Below are positions 52,901 through 64,000 of a stretch of 64,000 nucleotides of DNA, one piece after another. The position numbers and the translations under genes are program-made. How positions within the stretch are numbered: position 1 is the first letter of the stretch; the number at the start of each line of letters is the position of its first letter. The notes beneath the pieces were generated by a model. It was not told where the DNA came from. It was given only the letters and a program-made list of their open reading frames with translations, and ran no database searches. The DNA lies in assembly GCF_006345805.1 (NCBI RefSeq), contig NW_021833065.1, positions 558,001 through 622,000 of the forward strand, in the 5' to 3' direction. Source of the stretch: Octopus sinensis. Lineage: Eukaryota.

Positions 52901-54250
52901 TATTTGTTTCAGATGTGTAGAGTGGCTGTAGAAATACAGGAGGTTTTAAAAAGATAACGATAAACGTCGCCCTTTTCAAGCCTAGCCAGGCTCATGGGCC
53001 CGGTTTCCCGGTTTCTGTGGCGTATGTGTTTCCCCCATTACAGCGTTACTCAAGAAACAGGAAGAGAGAGTGAGAGAAAGTCGTGGAGCCTCTTAGATGT
53101 TTTCGCTCAATAAACACACACAACGTCCGGTCTGAGAATCGAAACTGCGATCCTCCGACCGCGAGTCCGCTACCCTAACCACTGGGCCATTGCGCCTCTA
53201 CTTCCCTTTTAAAGCCTAGCCAGGCTCATGGGTCCGGTTTCCCGGTTTCTATGGTGTATGTTTTCCCCAGCTGGGGAACACATTTTTGCCAGCTGAGTGG
53301 ACTGGAGCAACGTGAAATGAAGTGTTTTGCTCAAGAACACAACGCGTCGCCCGGTCCAGGAATCGAAACCACAATCTTACGATCATGATGCTGACACACT
53401 AACCACTAAGCCACGCGCCTCCACGTTTAAAAAAAAAATACAGAATTTATATATGACACATTTAAAAGTATTGTATATAACCACCTTGCTGCAACATATT
53501 CAAATACTCTAGATCACACCCAAAAAGTTTCTATCGCTTGTTGGAATCGACTCACTCACTAACAATCCCCTACTACTTATCTATCAAATTTTCTAAGAGG
53601 AATATAAAAATAAAGGTACAGTCTGCCCACCCATCTGCCTGCCTGTACGCCTGCTGTCTGCTTGTGTGCCTGTCTGATCTCTTCTATTCTTAATTATTTG
53701 AAGTCCTGTCAGGAAGGAGCTAGTTTCTAATAAAGATACAAAGCTCCATCGTTGGAATGTAGATAAAAACGATGTCGCATGTTGAACTTGAGAAAAGTTT
53801 TGCATAATTTTACCGTTCCGTTTTACAGATTGTATTTGTACTGTACGTGTTATCTAGTTGATTTCTTTTTCTAAAACCCAGCTTTTCCACATTGTCATTT
53901 TCGCATTTACTAGCAAAATCAAGTTAACCAACTCTTATTTGTATAAATGTGAATTTAAATTCTGGGGATAGAAGCTGAAGATTTCGAAGCAGTTATCTGT
54001 AGTTATCCTCTTTCTCATTGATTTTCAAAGAGATATTCACATTAGCAGGGCAACTGATCTCTATGACTGTATATACTTTTCGTATCTGTCCCAAACAACT
54101 GTATGTGGTTTGTTATGATTGCGCTTGCTAGGAGTTCTGGTGGGAATGCTTTACAAATATTCTTTGCGCTGATGTTTTTATGTGTATTCAATAACTGGGT
54201 GATTCTCTATATTAATGAAAGAATAGTCTTTTTTCTCAGATGGCAATGTA

Positions 54251-54724
54251 CCGTAAATCCTCGAGTATAATCCGATTTTTTTCCCCCAAAATTTAAAGGT
54301 CAAAATCCCTAGTGCGTATTATATACGAGGTTAAAAATGAAAATTATTTTCTAAGCAATATCCGAGTCTCGATTTGCTGTCCGACAATGTTTATTCAGAC
54401 GCATTTTGTGATGTCGGGCGTGAAAATACCTTAAGCTAAGCAATGCAGTAAGCAACATTTATTAAACGTTATTACTGTTATTTCTTTATTTTCTGCAAAC
54501 AAAATGCACAAAAAAGCTACACGTTTGCATTATGTTATATATACAATAATATAGGACGGTACCGTATACATTTTTACAAACCAAGGACGTTATATAGACC
54601 TCCTTGACTAAAGTTAGAGAAGGGGTGCGTATTATAGACAAGGTTTAGGTTTTTCAGAGGTACAGCCCCCTAAAAATCCCCTGCGTATTATACTCAAGGG
54701 CGGACTATACTCGAGGATTTATGG
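54251..54724. mobile_element. pogo/Tc2-like MITE with TA TSD
   Basis: ta|ccgtaaatcctcgagtataatccg ... cggactatactcgaggatttatgg|ta. Confidence 0.9.
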
Positions 54725-55264
54725 TATATTGTTTTAGTGATAACGTGACGTCACATTGAGAGATATGTACCATGATGACATTTATGAACAGCTGCATATC
54801 ATCCATGGAAATATCATCCATGGAAATATCATCCATGGAAATATAACAATCTATATTTTCGGTTGCTTGTTGGGGCTCCAAAGGGCTTCACTGTCACTTT
54901 TGTTTATTGGGTATTTTGTGACCATCACGTGCTTTTGATTGCAAACGCGTAACTTCAAATTGTGATGTGATGTAGTAGTCTCGAGTTCAAGGAAGGCTGC
55001 ACTTCATATCGACATAAGAATAATCTTCAAGTCTTTGGGAATCAAACCCGCGCATAGTCTTTTTTCAGTTGCTGAGTATTTTTCATCTAGGTCTTTTTGA
55101 GGTATGTTAGTCCAGTTGTTTTGGAGTTGTATAGGAAGTCATCAGGAAGAGAGAGCTTTTGGATATTATTCTTTTCGCTTTTCATCACTAGGTTGGTTTA
55201 TGTATGTATGTATGTATGTATGTATGTATGTATGTATGTATGTATGCATGCATGCATGCATGCA

Positions 55265-55311
<47 letters not shown>

Positions 55312-55959
55312 ATGTATGTATGTATGTATGTATGTATGTATGTATGTATGTATGTATGTATGTATGTATGTATCACCAACAAACGAATGAATGAACCTCT
55401 ATGTAGCCACTCGACCTATTAGAAATAGCGGCCAAATTTCTCTTAAATCATAATCTACTGATATTTTTAAAGTAGGAAAGTATTAGCTAATGCAATCCAG
55501 GATAAAGTGCCTGAAAAAAAAACTGTATGGCGATAAATAGAATATCTTTGTTCATAACATTGCTTGGCCAGGTTCGACCTGGGACTAACCAATAACATAC
55601 CGAATAGCGCTACAGTGTGCCCACCTCACTATTTCTCTTATACACCGACAACCTATTTGCTGTCACCTCATGCAATGCCCATGCCTCCGCAATTGACATC
55701 ACTCTTCATTCTTCTTTAGCCTTCCGCAGCTAAACCTCTTCCATGTGCAATCTTGACACTTCATGCCAAATTCGCTCTGATTTACATGAAAAGAGACCGC
55801 AAACACATTCACAAGAGGGGACGCGCCAAATTTTGTCTTCTTTAGCACATAAATACTTAATGCACAAATACACAATCACAGCACACATCCAAAAAATTAT
55901 TAGCCCTCTCCATGCCAGTACGATCAATAAACAATTAGAAACCTCTAATTCGCTACAGA

Positions 55960-56123
55960 ACTTCTGCTGACTCTTCCGCCACAACTTTCTCTCACTCTTT
56001 TCTCCTGTATCTTGCAGCTCACCTGCGACGGATCGGTGTCCCGTCCAGGTGGGGGAAACCTATACGTCAAGGAAACCGGGAAACCGGCCCTATGAGCTAA
56101 GCGTGGCTCGAAAAGGAACAAAC
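55960..56123 (+). mobile_element. 5'-truncated SINE with a 13-bp TSD
   Basis: aattcgctacaga at 55947-55959 and 56124-56136. Confidence 0.8.
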
Positions 56124-56431
56124 AATTCGCTACAGATGACAGACCTCACCAGCACTGAAGATCTTTTCTTATGGATGCATATCCTCAACATAACTAAAAT
56201 TACTTTACAAAGACTAACCTTCTGTATCAAAACCAGAAAATACTTTATCCCTCAACATCTACAAACTCTCTACGATGTTCAGGTGAGACTTCCAGTGGGG
56301 TACTGCTTCCACGCTTGCATTGCTTTGGAAAAACAACAACAACAACAACAACAAAAAATAAACAAACACTAGACTGATTATAAAAAGTCGCTCATTAGCA
56401 CATTCAACCTCTTTCTATTGCTACCACATTA

Positions 56432-56699
56432 ATAAAATAAAATAAAATAATGGCACCCTTTAAAAGCCTAGCCAGGATCATGGGCCCGGTTTCCCGGTTT
56501 CTATGGCGTATGTGTTCACCAGCTGGACGGGACGCCAGTCCATCGCAGTGTTACTCATTTTTGCCAGCTGAGTGGACTGGAGCAACGTGAAATGAAGTGT
56601 TTTGCTCAAGAACACAACGCGTCGCCCGGTCCAGGAATCGAAACCACAATCTTACGATCATGGTGCTGTCACCCTAACCACTAAGTCACGCGCCTCCAC
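56432..56699 (-). mobile_element. Full-length tRNA-head SINE with a 15-bp TSD
   Basis: attgctaccacatta at 56417-56431 and 56700-56714. tRNA-like head at the right end. Confidence 0.9.
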
Positions 56700-57075
56700 A
56701 TTGCTACCACATTAGCTTCTACTTAACGAAGTAAATGAAAACTATTGTAGTACAAACATCTAAATAGCGAAGAATATTTATTTCAAGGGAGCAAAATCGT
56801 TTAAAAGTTGATTCCCTTTACAAAATATTCTGAGTGATCGATACTATATTCTAGCAGTCATTTTTTGTAACGATACAGTATTTCTGTACAAGCAATTACG
56901 CGTCCATAACACAGCGACTAAGTTTACAACTTGGTTGAAGCACCCAGTTGTAGCAATTTTAATTAATGTACATTAAAAATAAAAATCTCATTTGTAAACT
57001 CAAACGTATATACGCACACATGCGCATGTACACTTGCACTTGCTTGCACATAAACAATAACACACACACACAGAG

Positions 57076-57159
<84 letters not shown>

Positions 57160-58390
57160 AAAACTAACAGACATCTTGAAAATGAAATACAGCTATGCAT
57201 ATTGTAATAATCATATATATCAAGTCGTTTATGAGTTAGTTCCTGTTATGTAACAAGTTGCCGTTAAATTCAACCTATTAGATGCACTCCTCTGCTATCT
57301 TCAAAATCAAGTTTTTCCCCTTTTAGTAAAAAAAAAAAAAATAGAAAGAAAAAGAAAAATATACTGGAGCATAATAGTGTAATAAGGCTGCCAAAATCCT
57401 TAGAATGCAGGACAAAATGCTTAGCGGCATTTCGTCTATCTGTTTGTTCTAAGTTCAAATTCCGACCAGGTCGACTTTGTCTTTCATCCTTTTAGGATCG
57501 ATAAAATAAGTACCGTTCAAGTACTAGGGTCGATGAAATCGAATGACCCCCCCCTATCTCCCCTTATCAAAAAAAAAAAAAAAAAATTCTCGCCGTGTGC
57601 CTATAGTTAGAGGGAAGGCGGCGGCAAGCTAGTAGAGTCGGTAGCACACCGGACAAAATGCTCAGCGTCGTTTTTTCCAGCTTTACGTTCTGCGTTCAAA
57701 TTCTGCTGAGGTCGACTTTTCGTTTCATCTTTTGGGGTCGATGTACTGGGATCACTCAAAATTTTAAGCCTTGTGTTTATACTGCTTAGTAGCATTTCGT
57801 CCATCTGTTCTAAGTTCAAATACCGCCCAGGTCGACTTTGTCTTTCATCCTTTTAGGATCGATAAAATAAGTACCGTTCAAGTACTAGGGTCGATGAAAT
57901 CGAATGACCCCCACTATCTCCCCATATCAAAAAAAAAAGGGAAGGCGGCGGCGAGCTAGTAGAGTCGGTAGCACGCCGGACAAAATGCTCAGCGGTGTTT
58001 TTTTCCAGCTTTACGTTCTGTGTTCAAATTCTGCTGAGGTCGACTTTTCGTTTCATCTTTTGGGGTCGATAAAAATAAGTACCAGTTAAGGCCTAGGTTC
58101 GATGTACTGGGATCACTCAAAACTTTAAGACTTGTGTTTATACTAGAAAGAATTAAAGGCGGCGAGCTGGGGGAATATTTAACACGTCGGGCAAAATGCT
58201 TAGCGGCATTTCGTCTGTCTACGTTCTGAGTTCAAATTCTGCCGAGGTCAGCTTTGCCTCTCATCCTTTCGGGGTCGATAAAATAAATATCATTTGAGCA
58301 TTGACCTCGATGTAATCGCCTTACATTATTACCATAAATCACTGGCCATGTGCCAATATTTAAAACCATTGTAAATTTTTAATGTTAAGG

Positions 58391-58500
58391 CGTGATTGAT
58401 CAATCATTCATGTATGTGTGTGTGTGTACACGCGCACACGCGCATACACACACACACACACACACACGCGCACACACACATGAATGATTGATCAATCACG
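58391..58500. repeat. 110-bp fold-back: 23-bp inverted ends around (TG)/(CA) microsatellite
   Basis: cgtgattgatcaatcattcatgt ... acatgaatgattgatcaatcacg. Confidence 0.85.
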
Positions 58501-58618
58501 GGCATTAGGTAGACTACGATACTTCTAGCTTCATGGACTTTACAACTGAATCAAAGGGAAATAACTAATCGATATAGCTCTTTCAGGAAGTTACTTCCAT
58601 TGATCTCTCTCTCTCTCG

Positions 58619-58688
<70 letters not shown>

Positions 58689-59677
58689 TATGTCACCACA
58701 CACATTACATATAACACCACGGCTTTGTCACTGTTTTGCTTGCATACAGGAACCCATTACCGCATATTACACATATATATGCAAGAAATATAAAAGGGGA
58801 AATAACTCTTGAAAGGAAAAAGTTGTTTAAAATTTTAGCAGCTTGCATTAAAAAAAAATATGGGTAGGGGATTAGTCCATTACAACATCGCCCCTACTGC
58901 TATACTGGCACATTATTTCATCTACGCCGAAAGGATGAAAGGTAAAGTTGATCTTAGTGGGGTTTGAACTCAGAACATGAAGAGCCGGAAGAAATGCTGT
59001 TAAGCTTTTTGTTCGACGCACTGATAATTCTGAGCATTCGTTGTTTTTCGCAGAAAACGATATTAGCGAAATATACTACTCAATACTTTCACGGTAGACA
59101 AACGCAAATTCAACTTTTTATGGTAGAGAAACGCACGTTTTGTTTCTTGCAAACTCTTCTTGATATCCACTGTCGATAGATTTTTTCACTTTCAAGGGAC
59201 AGAACTCCGACAAACTCAAACACCGTTGATATTGATATATAAGAATAGAAAAAAAAGAATAAAACTTCAATGTTTGGGCTATAGTGCTATATATAAGAGG
59301 TATGACACACAGAAAATAAATTATTGGGGGACTCTTTGTGCGGACAACGGAATGAGAACAATTTACTTTCGTAGATTTAATAAAATGTTCGGTTCGAAAT
59401 TCCAAGGAAGTTACCTGATATGATAGCTAGAAATGTTCTGACTTTAACAATCAAGATGAAGATACTAGCCCCAATCTATCAGTGCATAGTATTTATTTCT
59501 AGCACAAGCGCAGGGCCGGAAATTTGTTTATTTAGTACTTGTCTGGTACTTAATTCATCATTTTCGGAAAGATAACGAACAAGATTAACATGTGTGGTAT
59601 TTGAATGCATAGTTCTAAAAGGACATTATTAGGTATCTCTTCTACCAACTCCGTCGTCTATCGTCTTTAAATTAGAA

Positions 59678-60093
59678 TATTGTTTCTCAACCATATTTTA
59701 CATATGGACTCCTTGATTACTATTTCATTCCGCAGGATCCCCACGCCATTCAATGTTTCAAAAACTAGTTTTATAGGTACTTCTTCCAAGATTCCCATTT
59801 TGTTTTTTACATGTTCATTTACGTATGTAAAAAACAAAACAAAACAAAAACAAACAAACAAACAAACCCCAAAACAAACAAATGTTGAACTATGTTAAGC
59901 CTTAGAGAGAGAAAGAACCAAAAAACAAAAAAAAAACAACTGTTTATTGCAATAAATACATCTAAAACAAAACTTTTTCATAGATCCTTAAAATAATATT
60001 GTGGATCCCCCAAATACCATTTTGCTTGCGTAGATCCTTCGAAATCTTATATGGACACCCAGAGGACATATAAACCCTGGTTTAGAACAACTG
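59678..60093. mobile_element. hAT-Charlie MITE with an 8-bp TSD
   Basis: tattgtttctcaacc ... ggtttagaacaactg. aattagaa on both sides. Confidence 0.85.
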
Positions 60094-60422
60094 AATTAGA
60101 ATATTAAAATGTTATTCCCAGTTAGGTATGTCTGGAAAAAAATGCAATTGTGTCATATACACTTGTTCCTTTTTCGAAAGAGAGGAGAGAAAACTTTCTG
60201 ATAAATTGGAATTATTTTAAGTGTTACAGAGTAAATAACGAGGATTGCAATAGAGAGCCCTTTGTATGAGAAAGGGTGTTATGTAAACACTGAAGAGAAT
60301 TCGTTCCGTGTGTGTATGTACAGTAGGGGTGCAGTAATCTACTGAAAACTTGACTCAGCCGAGAGCTTCGACCACAGTTGAATGAAAGCAACCACATATA
60401 AAGAAGAGACATATCTAAATGT

Positions 60423-60457
<35 letters not shown>

Positions 60458-60679
60458 CCAGGCCAGCAATTTTAAGGCAAGTGGGTAATCTTAAGGTAAG
60501 TTGATTATACCAGTTGACCAGTGCTCACCTGGTATTTATTTCATCGACCTGAAAAGGATGAATGGCAAAGTCGACCTCGGCTTATTGTATTCAGTACTTG
60601 GATGCACTACAACTAACCAGAAAAATTCAAAAGAGGTGACAGAAAACAGATACAAGTCAAATAAAGACCGGTAGTAATG

Positions 60680-60920
60680 AAAGCTAGATGTACGTGTACA
60701 GTACTCAGAATAAAAATCAAAAACAAAAACAGAAAGAAGTGACCGCTGAAAGAGTCATAAAGAGGTCTATAGGCACGTCAGAAGTAATGTCGGCGAATTT
60801 TAGGAAGGAAGGATTTTTGAAGGATGCAGTATCCTGACAGCGAATAACTGAGACAAGTAATTTGTTCCATGATTCGACAATTCCTCCATGTTGACGTTTA
60901 AGTTGAAGTGTTTATTGCAT
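60680..60920 (-). mobile_element. CR1-group LINE 3' fragment
   Basis: Minus frame WNKLLVSVIRCQDTASFK. Confidence 0.55.
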
Positions 60921-61784
60921 AGCTGACAGAGACGAACAAATTATGAGAATTTGGTGGTAGGTATAGTAGATGTGGGATTAAAACAATAATCAAAATCAGA
61001 CGGAAAAAAAAACCTTGATAAAAGTCGAAGGGAGGTAACTACGCAATACTCATAAACGGAATGTAGTCCTTCACAGACTGTTACGACAGATGTAGTAGAA
61101 TATCTTCACAGATTAAGTCATAGCAATGCAACGAAGCTTTAATAGTATATGATACAAAAAAGTGTACGAAATAATACAAAAGTGAATATAATGGTACATC
61201 TGCATTTTAAATGGTTATAATTATTCTATCATTTTATCACAATTGTTGCGATGAAAGAGCTCTCCAGTTATCTCCCTTACAAACTCAGAATGTGAGAATG
61301 ATAAAAATGACTTGCTTTAAAGTATCCATCCACCTCTCTCTCGCTATCTCCCTCCTTCTCTCTCTCTCTCTAAAAAATATGAATCAAGCAAAAATCTATT
61401 TGATTGAGGAGTACTGAACAAATAGTTTTTAGTTTCTGACGTTATCACTATGTCAGGCATTTTGGAAGAGGGAACCGTTTATCGACAGTACTTGCTTATT
61501 TTAATGATTCTCAAAAAATGAAAAGTACAGTTGAGCTCAGCGAAATTCGAACTCAGGAGACGAAACTAAACAACCAAAGTACTTTATCCAAAGCTCTACC
61601 GATGCTGACAATAAAAGATGTTGCGGACTGCTTCAATTTCTCTTGGAATATTTGTGTGCAATGCAAGGCAGAGGAATGACTTGATCGTTCGCCGGACAAA
61701 ATAAGTACCAGTTAAGCACTGGGATCGATGTAATCGACTTATATCCCTCCCCCGAAATTGCTGGTCTTTATGCCAAAAATTTTG

Positions 61785-62243
61785 GGATCTTTTCGGTTTG
61801 AACGGCAGTTTTTTTAAATAATTTCCATATAACTAAACACTTTTAAACATCGTATACTGGTAGAATGTGTTTATAGAACATCGTTTTCTCTTGGCTTTAT
61901 TGAGAAAATTCTATAGTTTGTAAGATATTTGTTGTTTTTTTTCTTCAATTTCTTCAATTTCAACCAATCAGTGACGTCTATTGAGGTGAAAACATTCTGT
62001 GCCGTATAAATATGTCCCTCGTTTAAGAAACAGATTGGGTTTATTTACATTTGCGAAAAAAAAAAGATACCCTCACCCCACCCCATACCCTAACCCTAAC
62101 CCTAAACCCAACCCTAACTAACCCTAATTAACCCTAACCCTAAAACAGATTGAAATGCAATAGATCGATACTAGGGTCATAATTATGGGTGACAATTTCA
62201 TATGACACCGCTAGAAAAACTGCCGTTCAAATCGAAAAGATCC
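61785..62243. mobile_element. 459-bp GGATC-family MITE with an internal (TAACCC)-like tract, inserted in a SINE tail
   Basis: ggatcttttcggtttgaacggcagtttt / aaaactgccgttcaaatcgaaaagatcc. Flanks aaattttg/aaaatttg. Telomere-like repeats 62085-62140. Confidence 0.88.
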
Positions 62244-63433
62244 AAAATTTGAAACCAACATTTAACTGTTTCTCTAATCAAAAATATTATCTTCAGAAAT
62301 ATTCATGTTACACTTTTCTACTTTGAAAATACACTTCTAAAATACCTCTCATCTGAGTAATATGAAGCCATTTGACCACATATTGCAATCTCCCGGCCAT
62401 AGACGGTCTCTCTTCTCTTTGCGATAATTGGAGCAAGTTAAAGTCGGGAGCTAGCTACTAGACTCATCTATCTGAGATTCGTATCTAATTCTTACGTCCC
62501 TCATATTTATTCTTCTAGACACCACTCTATTCATTGCAACGAGTTCGTTCATACTGGCTCTCTGAAAATTGTCTTTCTCCCCATCTTTGGCATCATAAGA
62601 CAGATGCGTTCATTATGGGTAGAACAAACATAACATTCTAAAGTCCATGCCGTAAGTTAAGCTATTTACTCATATTCTGAGTATTATAAGAAGGGAAATA
62701 ACTAAGAAAAGTAACTGGCCTTCAGGGAGGTAATTCAGTTGTTGCTTTCGTTGTCCCACATCACCCTTATATAAACTATGTATAGAAACATATCACACAA
62801 ACCTTACTGAGTATATCTTCATCTTTAGAATCGTTAGCACGCCGGGCAAAATGCTTAGTAGAATTTCTTCCGTCTTTATGTTCTGAGTTCAAATTCCACT
62901 GAGGTCGACTTTGCCATTCATCCTTTCAGAGTCGATAAAATAAATACCAGTTAAGCACTTGGGTTGATGTAATTGACTTACACTCTCACGGAACTTGCTG
63001 GCCGTGTACCAAAATTTGAAACCTATATATACACTACCGTCAGAAATTAATTAGCACCCTTGATTTGCTCTTCACTCAAGGTATGTGCTGTCACTTAGTG
63101 GCCATATTTCGAACTATTGCTTTGTTGCGAGTTCACTGTTGCGCAGAACGATGACGTAACTTTGTTTGCAGAGCAGTTTGAGAGTCTACAGCCTTATGAT
63201 GTTGACATAGCAGTGCAACAACAACTTGGAGTGCGGATGCAGACAAATTCCTTTGTTTAATAGATATAGGTAGCGCCTCGCAAGGACCGAAATCACACCA
63301 TACTAAGTTTTCTCATCGCGTAAGACGTTTTGAACAGCTCATAGGTTAATTGATTTAACCTATTTAATGTAGAAATTTGAGAAGTGCTAATTAATTTCTG
63401 ACGCAAGTGTATATATATGTATATATGGGTAAA

Positions 63434-63755
63434 GGACATCACCAGCTGTGTAAACAACATGAAGTACGAAAACAAGCAAGTTAAATACACAAACAACGAG
63501 AGAAAAAATGGAAAATAGGACAAGTGACACGGAGGACGACCCTTCATCAGTTGTCGACTGTCTATTTACTCTTCATTTCGAGTATTGGACGACAGTATGA
63601 GTCTTCTGAATGCTCGAAATGAGGAGTAGATAGACAGCCGACAGCTGATGAAGGATCGTTCTCCGTGTTACTTGTCCTGTTTTCCATTTTTTCTTTCGTT
63701 GTATTTAACTCCTTTGTTTTCGTACTTCGTGTTGTTCACACAGTTAGTGACGTCC
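63434..63755. repeat. ~150-bp-arm hairpin, probable PLE fold-back relic
   Basis: 63434-63586 pairs with 63609-63755 around a ~22-nt loop. The arms contain ctgatgaagg. Confidence 0.85.
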
Positions 63756-64000
63756 TGTACGAAGGTATCGGCACTTCAAGCATGCTTGAGAAAGGTCGTG
63801 TTCGCCCGATATCCCTTGATATAATTATATACATATGTACATTATTATTAATTTAATGTATTAATTGCCTATAAATTTTTATAGTATGCTACTACTATAT
63901 ACTTACTTGGAAATGGAGGCGTGGCGTTCAATTAAATAATATTAATAATATATATCCATATATATATATATTAATTCATAAAAGAATATAAGGATAAAAA

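Noticed and set aside
54797-54845. 15-bp triple repeat atcatccatggaaat
   Set aside because: A simple local slippage duplication with no further structure.
55640-56340. Possible coding relic split by a SINE (ORFs 55730-55984, 55743-55970, 56049-56372)
   Set aside because: No frame gave a motif I could assign.

Overview
This is AT-rich, microsatellite-dense eukaryotic DNA made almost entirely of transposon relics. The SINE families resemble octopus SINEs, so an octopod cephalopod source is inferred from family recognition, not from a search. No host protein-coding gene can be called confidently, and most ORF-track entries are translated microsatellites. Coding relics recognised: RTE, Tx1/L1, CR1-group and Dong/R4 LINEs, a Gypsy pol, Tigger and mariner transposases, and a Penelope-like (Neptune-type) GIY-YIG fragment. 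The main finding is a ~9.7 kb locus (39679-49362) inserted in (TA)n. It has 16 near-identical head-to-tail ~557-bp units plus a terminal fold-back arm. Every unit carries, on the minus strand, a minimal type-I hammerhead ribozyme (HHR) motif: UGAG-CUGAUGA-stemII-GAAAC-GUAC-GUU^-CUCA. A diverged 562-bp relative (13542-14717) has the same architecture and keeps the HHR fold by compensatory changes. At least six other HHR or HHR-relic motifs lie in other Penelope-like relics, and all keep a self-complementary stem III. Together these point to a non-coding, ribozyme-processed, Penelope-mobilised retrozyme-like element family with an unusually long monomer. Ribozyme activity, transcription and circular RNA formation are predictions, not observations.
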